Below, one piece after another: positions 58,807 to 64,000 of a DNA stretch of 64,000 nucleotides. Source of the DNA: an uncultured delta proteobacterium (GTDB taxonomy: Bacteria; Myxococcota_A; Polyangia; Polyangiales; Polyangiaceae); NCBI GenBank assembly GCA_963716725.1, contig CAVQUB010000015.1, forward strand, positions 384,001 to 448,000. The letters run 5' to 3'. The notes below the pieces were generated by a model. It ran no database searches. It was not told the origin of the DNA and saw nothing but the letters and a program-made list of their open reading frames with translations. The position numbers and the translations under genes are program-made. How positions within the stretch are numbered: the first letter of the stretch is position 1; every line of letters starts with the position of its first letter.

Positions 58807-59898
58807 ATGTCCCCACCGCCAATGGCCGATCCCCCGTACCAGAACACCGAGCTTTCGACCGAGCTGCCTGTCGAAAACACCAACCTGACGGCCTTCTTGC
58901 CGCTGCCCGCGCCGCGCGTGGTGAAGGCGGAGTTGCCCGCACCCTCCCTCGTCTCGGAGTTGGTGCTCGCGGCTCGCAGCGAGATCCGCGACGCGATCTT
59001 CGGCCGCGATCTCCGGCGGACAGTGGTCATCGTGGGACCGTGCTCCATCCACGATCCGGACGCGGCCATCGAGTACGCATCCCGATTGGCGAAGGTGCGT
59101 CAGGCGACGCGGGATCGCCTGATCGTGATCATGCGCGCGTACTTCGAGAAACCGCGCACGACCGTGGGATGGAAGGGGCTGATCAACGATCCACATTTGG
59201 ATGGAAGCTGCGACATTGGCACGGGGCTGCGTCGGGCTCGCGAGACCTTGGTTGCGATCAACGCGCTGGGGGTGCCCTGCGGCAGCGAAATGCTCGATCC
59301 CATCACGCCGCAGTACGTCGCCGACTTGCTGTCGTGGGCGTCGATCGGCGCCCGCACCACCGAGAGTCAGACGCATCGCGAGATGGCCAGCGGGCTGAGC
59401 ATGCCCATTGGATTCAAGAACGGGACCGACGGCAGCCTCGACCCCTGCGTCAATGCGTTGATCTCAGCGGGCCACGCCCACCACTTCTTGGGCATCAACG
59501 CCGATGGCGTCACCAGCGTGGTGCAGACTCGAGGCAACCCCGACCGACACGTGGTGCTGCGGGGCGGTGCGAATCCGAACTACGGACCAGAAGACGTGAA
59601 GCTCGCCGCCGCTCGCGTGGCGTCGGCAGCCCCGGACCTCGTGCGCTCGATCATGGTGGACACCTCCCACGGCAACTCGATGAGAGACTGGCGTCGGCAA
59701 CCCGCGGTGTGTCGCTCGGTGCTCGAGCAGATGCGCGCGGGACAGCGAGTGCTCCTGGGCTTCTTGCTCGAGAGCAACCTGGTGGAGGGTAGACAAGACT
59801 GGCAGCAAGGGGTTGTGCTCACCCGCGGGATGTCCATCACCGACGGCTGCCTCGGTTGGGCGGAGACGGAAGCGTTGCTCTACGAAATCGCGGGCTGA
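58807..59898 (+). CDS. 3-deoxy-7-phosphoheptulonate (DAHP) synthase, class I (AroF/G/H type)
   Basis: VGPCSIHD, RAYFEKPRTTVGWKGLINDP, IGARTTESQTHREMASGLS, VDTSHGNS and SITDGC. Confidence 0.96.
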   Translation: MSPPPMADPPYQNTELSTELPVENTNLTAFLPLPAPRVVKAELPAPSLVSELVLAARSEIRDAIFGRDLRRTVVIVGPCSIHDPDAAIEYASRLAKVRQATRDRLIVIMRAYFEKPRTTVGWKGLINDPHLDGSCDIGTGLRRARETLVAINALGVPCGSEMLDPITPQYVADLLSWASIGARTTESQTHREMASGLSMPIGFKNGTDGSLDPCVNALISAGHAHHFLGINADGVTSVVQTRGNPDRHVVLRGGANPNYGPEDVKLAAARVASAAPDLVRSIMVDTSHGNSMRDWRRQPAVCRSVLEQMRAGQRVLLGFLLESNLVEGRQDWQQGVVLTRGMSITDGCLGWAETEALLYEIAG

Positions 59899-59899
59899 T

Positions 59900-60733
59900 T
59901 CAGCAAATGCCGCAGGCAGCGCAGGCGTCGGCGCAGCAATCGCCCCAGACCGTGCAGGCGCTGTCGCAGGCGCAACCGTAGGGGGTCCCAATGCTGCCGC
60001 AATACGCCTGGCACATGCAGGTCTTGCCCGGACAGCCTCCGGGATCGGGGTTCGTGCCGCCGCAGGAGCGCGGGTACTTGCCGCTGGGATCGGAGCCAGT
60101 GAAGCCCGTGCCGCCGCAGGAGTAGAACTTGTTGACGGGATCCCATCCGCAGGGATTGCCCTGGCACGAGCCGGGGCCGCCCTGGAGCTTGCCGCACTCC
60201 CAGTAGTAGATCTCGTTGTTCGAGCCGCAACAGCCGACCGAGCCGTGCGCTTCGCCGCAGCTCTTGGGGATGATGTTGGCGGTGGTGCCGCCGCTGCCGG
60301 TGGTGCCGCCGCCGGACGTGGTGCCGCCCGTTGCGCTGGTGCCGCCGCCGGACGTGGTGCCGCCCGTTGCGCTGGTGCCGCCGCCGGACGTGGTGCCGCC
60401 GCCGGACGTGGTGCCGCCGCCGGACGTGGTGCCGCCGGTTGCGCTGGTGCCGCCGCCGGACGTGGTGCCGCCGGTTGCGCTGGTGCCGCCCGTCGCGCCC
60501 GTGCCGCCGGAGGGGAAGCCCGCCGCGCCCCCGCTCGGAGAGCCGCCATTGCTGGGGAAGCCCGCCGCTCCGCCGAAGGTGTTGCCTCCGCTCCCACCGG
60601 AGTTCTTGTAGCCACCGACGGCAGCGTCACTCAGTGAGCCCCCGCCGAGATCGGCCTCGCCCGTCGCGCAGCCCATCGAGGTCACGAGGCAGAAGCCCGA
60701 AAGTACACCCGAGACGACCCGCGACGCCTTCAC
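59900..60733 (-). CDS. Lipoprotein with Gly/Thr/Ser repeats and C-terminal somatomedin-B-like Cys domain
   Basis: Lipobox-like SMGC, GGTTSG repeats and CQAYCG..YGCACDSACTVWGDCCADACAAC. Confidence 0.7.
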   Translation of the reverse strand: MKASRVVSGVLSGFCLVTSMGCATGEADLGGGSLSDAAVGGYKNSGGSGGNTFGGAAGFPSNGGSPSGGAAGFPSGGTGATGGTSATGGTTSGGGTSATGGTTSGGGTTSGGGTTSGGGTSATGGTTSGGGTSATGGTTSGGGTTGSGGTTANIIPKSCGEAHGSVGCCGSNNEIYYWECGKLQGGPGSCQGNPCGWDPVNKFYSCGGTGFTGSDPSGKYPRSCGGTNPDPGGCPGKTCMCQAYCGSIGTPYGCACDSACTVWGDCCADACAACGIC

Positions 60734-60821
60734 GATCGGGAGCCTAGCAGGAGACCGTCGCCGGCGCGACGACGGGCAGGGAACATCGACGGCCAGGGGC
60801 TGTCCTGGTACGAGCCCGGCC

Positions 60822-62990
60822 ATGCAAGCTCGATCCTTCGCACTCTCCCTCCCGCTTCTTTTCTGCCTCGTCGGCTGCCAGTCCACGGGTCAGAGCAGCG
60901 CGGCGCCCTCCGTCCTGCCCTTGCGTTCTCTCAAGCTCTACGAGACCGGGGTCGGCTACTTCGAGCGGTCTGGGATTTTGGCTCGCGGTGAGGCCACGAC
61001 CCTGCCGCTGCCGACCGGACACCTCGATGACGCGCTGAAGACCCTGGTGGTGGCCGGGAGCCCCGGCGTCACGCTGACGGGGGTCGAATTCTCGAGCAGC
61101 CTGAGCCGCGGCATGGCGCGCGCTCTCGCGGGGCTGCCGCAGAGCGCCGACGAGCCGATGTCGTACCGAGCGCTGCTCGCGAGCCTGAAGGGGGCCGAGG
61201 TCGAGGTCCGCACCACGGGCAAGCAAGCCGAGACCATGGTGGGTCGCCTGGTCGACGTGCTGGAGCCCAAAACCGATGCAGCGCCCGCCGCCGAGAGCGA
61301 CGACGGCGACAAGAAGAAGAATGAAAAGCCCGAGCACCCCAAGCCCGAGTTGACGCTGCTGCTGGTGACCAAGGACGGCGAGCTGCGCAAGCTCGACACC
61401 GCCTCCGTGGCCAGCGTGCGCCCCACGGATCCGACCTACCTCACGCGCATGGGCGCGGCCCTCGATGCGCTCAGCGTGCGCGCCGCGCAGAACCAGCGTT
61501 CACTTCGGTTGCTGGCGCAGAGCGACAAGCCAGTGACCCTCGGCTATTTGGCTGAAGCGCCCATGTGGCGCACGACCTATCGACTGGTGATGGCCGAGGG
61601 CGGAGAGCGCGGCACGCTGCAGGGCTGGGCGCTCATCCACAACGACACTGAAGAGAGCTGGGCCAAGGTTCGCGTCGAGCTGGTCAATGGCCAACCCGAT
61701 TCGTTCTTGTTTCCGCTGGCCGCGCCGCGCTACGGCCGCCGCCCGCTCGCTGAGCCCGAAGAGCGTCTCGCGACGGTTCCACAGCTGCTCGACACGACCG
61801 TTGATCAAATTTGGGGCGACAATCTGGAAGAAGGCACCATCGGCCACGGCTCCGGAACCGGGACGGGACAGGGCTTCGGATCAGGCTACGGTCGAGTCGG
61901 CGGTAGCCATCGGGCACGGTCGCCGAGCGTGCGGATGGGCGCGACGGTCTCGAGCAGCGAATCGCTCAGCGTCGGAAACCTCGCGGCGATCGCCCCCGCC
62001 GAGGGCGTCGAAGCGGGCGCGCTCTTCAGCTACAAGCTGGCGCAGCCCTTGGATCTCCGTGCACACGGCTCTGCGCTCGTGCCCTTCCTGCAGTCGTCAG
62101 GGGTCACCCGCCGCATCAGCTGGTTTTCCTCGCCGGGCACGCCAGGGCGGACCGCCATTCGCTTCGTCAACGCCACGCGACAGACGCTGCCCTCGGGGCC
62201 CATCGCGCTCTACGAGGGCGGAGGGTTCGCGGGCGAGGCGGCGTTGTCCCGACTCAAGCCCACCGAGCGGGCGTTCTTGCAGTTCGGCGTCGACCTCGAC
62301 GTTGAGATCGAGAGCGTGAGCCACGAGTCCAAAGAGGAGTCGCAGCAGATTCGTTTCAATAAGCTGAATCTGGAGGAGGACTTCATCCGCACGAGCGTTC
62401 GGACCATCGCGCTCAAGAATCGCTCGCGGGCCGTCCGCACGGTCTACCTCTCCCTCGACGTGGTCAACAACTCGACCGTCGAGGGCGCCGACGAGCTCGA
62501 CTACGACGCTCAGGGCGCCAAGCCGCTGGCGGTCTTCAAGTCCACGCCTGGCAAGAAGCTCGAGCGGACGCTGAAGATCAAGGAGGGCCTGCAGCGCTCG
62601 ACCCACATGCAGAGCTTGACGGCCGAGCGCGTGACGGAGCTGAGCCAACTCGAGGTCCTGCCCGCGGCCGATCGGGCCGTGCTCAAGGAAGCCGCTGCCC
62701 GGCTCGAGGAGGCCGAGGCGCGGACCAAAGATCACGACGAGACCAAGGAGTCCATCGACGAAGTGAACAAGGACCTCGAGCGCCTGCGGCAGCATCTCGC
62801 CGCCCTCGGCGACAAGAGCGGTCAGGGGGCCAACGCCAACCCGCTGGTCAAGCGCATCCTCGACGCCGAAGACAGGCTGACGGCCCTCCGCGCCAAGTCC
62901 AAGGCCTTGGAAGCCGCCGTCAGCGACAAGCGCAAGGCTGCGCAGACGGTGCTCGAGAAGCTCGTGAAGAAGGACGCGAAGAAGCCCTGA
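60822..62990 (+). CDS. DUF4139-like lipoprotein with C-terminal coiled coil
   Basis: Lipobox LVGC, LYETGVGYFER, LDDALKTL, GY..EAP.WR.TYRL and LQGWALIHN.T.E.W. Confidence 0.8.
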   Translation: MQARSFALSLPLLFCLVGCQSTGQSSAAPSVLPLRSLKLYETGVGYFERSGILARGEATTLPLPTGHLDDALKTLVVAGSPGVTLTGVEFSSSLSRGMARALAGLPQSADEPMSYRALLASLKGAEVEVRTTGKQAETMVGRLVDVLEPKTDAAPAAESDDGDKKKNEKPEHPKPELTLLLVTKDGELRKLDTASVASVRPTDPTYLTRMGAALDALSVRAAQNQRSLRLLAQSDKPVTLGYLAEAPMWRTTYRLVMAEGGERGTLQGWALIHNDTEESWAKVRVELVNGQPDSFLFPLAAPRYGRRPLAEPEERLATVPQLLDTTVDQIWGDNLEEGTIGHGSGTGTGQGFGSGYGRVGGSHRARSPSVRMGATVSSSESLSVGNLAAIAPAEGVEAGALFSYKLAQPLDLRAHGSALVPFLQSSGVTRRISWFSSPGTPGRTAIRFVNATRQTLPSGPIALYEGGGFAGEAALSRLKPTERAFLQFGVDLDVEIESVSHESKEESQQIRFNKLNLEEDFIRTSVRTIALKNRSRAVRTVYLSLDVVNNSTVEGADELDYDAQGAKPLAVFKSTPGKKLERTLKIKEGLQRSTHMQSLTAERVTELSQLEVLPAADRAVLKEAAARLEEAEARTKDHDETKESIDEVNKDLERLRQHLAALGDKSGQGANANPLVKRILDAEDRLTALRAKSKALEAAVSDKRKAAQTVLEKLVKKDAKKP

Positions 62991-63002
62991 GCCCCGCGCT
63001 GC

Positions 63003-64000
63003 TCAGGGCTGCGGGGGCCGCGCCGCCAACGCCAGCCCGATGGCGTGCTCCAGTTGTTCCCAGGTCGCAGGCTTGCCCAGCTGCACCGTGGCGCCTTCGA
63101 GTTCGTCGGCCAAGCCGCTGAAGGCAATGATGGGCAGGTCCGCGGCGATTTCCCGCAGCTGCGCCAGCGTGGCCTCGGGGGGCTGCCCCGGCATGGATCG
63201 GTCGAGGAGCACCACGTCCACTCCTTCGGCCCGGGCGACGCGCACGCCGTCCTCGCCGGAACTCGCGCCGAGCGCTTGGTGGCCCATCAGCTCGAGCAGC
63301 ATGATCGTCGAGCGCAGCACGTGGGGCTCGTCGTCGATGATCAGCACCCGAGCCGACGAAGGAGGCGCGGGCGTGTCGGGCTTGCAGAGTGGTTGCGTGC
63401 CGAGCGAGCGGGATGGAAGCGCGAGCACGAAGGTCGTGCCGACGCCCGGCACCGACTCGCAGCTCAGATGCCCACCCTGGGCCTCGACTGCGCCCCAGGC
63501 CGTCGGTAGCCCCAGGCCCGTGCCCCGGCCGATGGGCTTGGTCGTGAAGAAGGGCTCGAAGATCCGCTGGCGAACCGCGTCGTCCATTCCGTCGCCCAGA
63601 TCGGCGACCCGGATCTCTACGAAGTCGCCCTGCGCGCCCTCGTGCGCGCTGAGCGTCACTGTCCTTCGAGGCGCCGGCAGGTTCTCGACTGCGTCGCGAG
63701 CGTTGACGATCAAGTTGAGGAGCACCTGCTCGGTCCGAGCTCCGTCGACGAACACGCCGCTCGCCGCTTGAAGATCACGGACTGCGACTCTCACCTGCTG
63801 GCCAAAGGTGCGGCCGCAGAGCTCCGCGGCCCGCCGAACCACGACGTCGAGGGCTTCGGGAACGCCCTTGGGATCGGCCTCGCGACGCGCGAAGAGCATG
63901 AGGTCTTTGACCAGCTCCGCCGCGTGCCGAGCGGACTGTAGCGCCAGGTCGAAGAGGTCCGCGTCTGACGGGGTCTTGAGCTTCGCCAGCTCGATCACGG
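63003..64000 (-). CDS. Hybrid sensor histidine kinase / response regulator (5' part outside the window)
   Basis: EQVLLNLIVNARDA, D.G.GM, IFEPFFTTK..G.GTGLGL, and receiver IIDDE...LLDRSMPG. Confidence 0.93.
   Translation of the reverse strand, partial: VIELAKLKTPSDADLFDLALQSARHAAELVKDLMLFARREADPKGVPEALDVVVRRAAELCGRTFGQQVRVAVRDLQAASGVFVDGARTEQVLLNLIVNARDAVENLPAPRRTVTLSAHEGAQGDFVEIRVADLGDGMDDAVRQRIFEPFFTTKPIGRGTGLGLPTAWGAVEAQGGHLSCESVPGVGTTFVLALPSRSLGTQPLCKPDTPAPPSSARVLIIDDEPHVLRSTIMLLELMGHQALGASSGEDGVRVARAEGVDVVLLDRSMPGQPPEATLAQLREIAADLPIIAFSGLADELEGATVQLGKPATWEQLEHAIGLALAARPPQP

Overview
High-GC window that looks like a myxobacterial chromosome (Myxococcota, probably Polyangiales). This is inferred from a MYXO-CTERM sorting signal, many Gly/Cys-rich lipoproteins, paired FGE-sulfatase domains and a GTIGHGSGTGTGQGFGSG motif. 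The backbone carries the lon 3' end, a LysR/NADP-oxidoreductase pair, a DTW protein, an S9 peptidase, an IPMDH-family dehydrogenase, ald, a beta-CASP MBL hydrolase, ktrAB, a DAHP synthase, tRNA-Val(TAC) and tRNA-Asp(GTC). Five genes carry frameshifts, most likely long-read indel errors. Three things stand out. (1) Downstream of tRNA-Asp is an island with hicAB, an IS66 remnant and a six-gene redox module: a putative outer-membrane barrel, cytochromes with 10, 23 and 13(+1) heme motifs, a putative diheme-b membrane protein and a ferredoxin-flavoprotein with permuted TrxR-type motif order. The module is bracketed by a 58-bp direct repeat of the hicB 3' end. (2) A hidden selenoprotein: a thioredoxin-fold lipoprotein with U-G-Y-C at an in-frame TGA followed by a SECIS-like hairpin, which the ORF track splits in two. 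(3) A 2.7-kb element with 14-bp terminal inverted repeats and a 5-bp target duplication, holding an internally deleted IS1182-like transposase and an intact HNH nuclease gene. All calls come from reading motifs by eye; no database searches were run.
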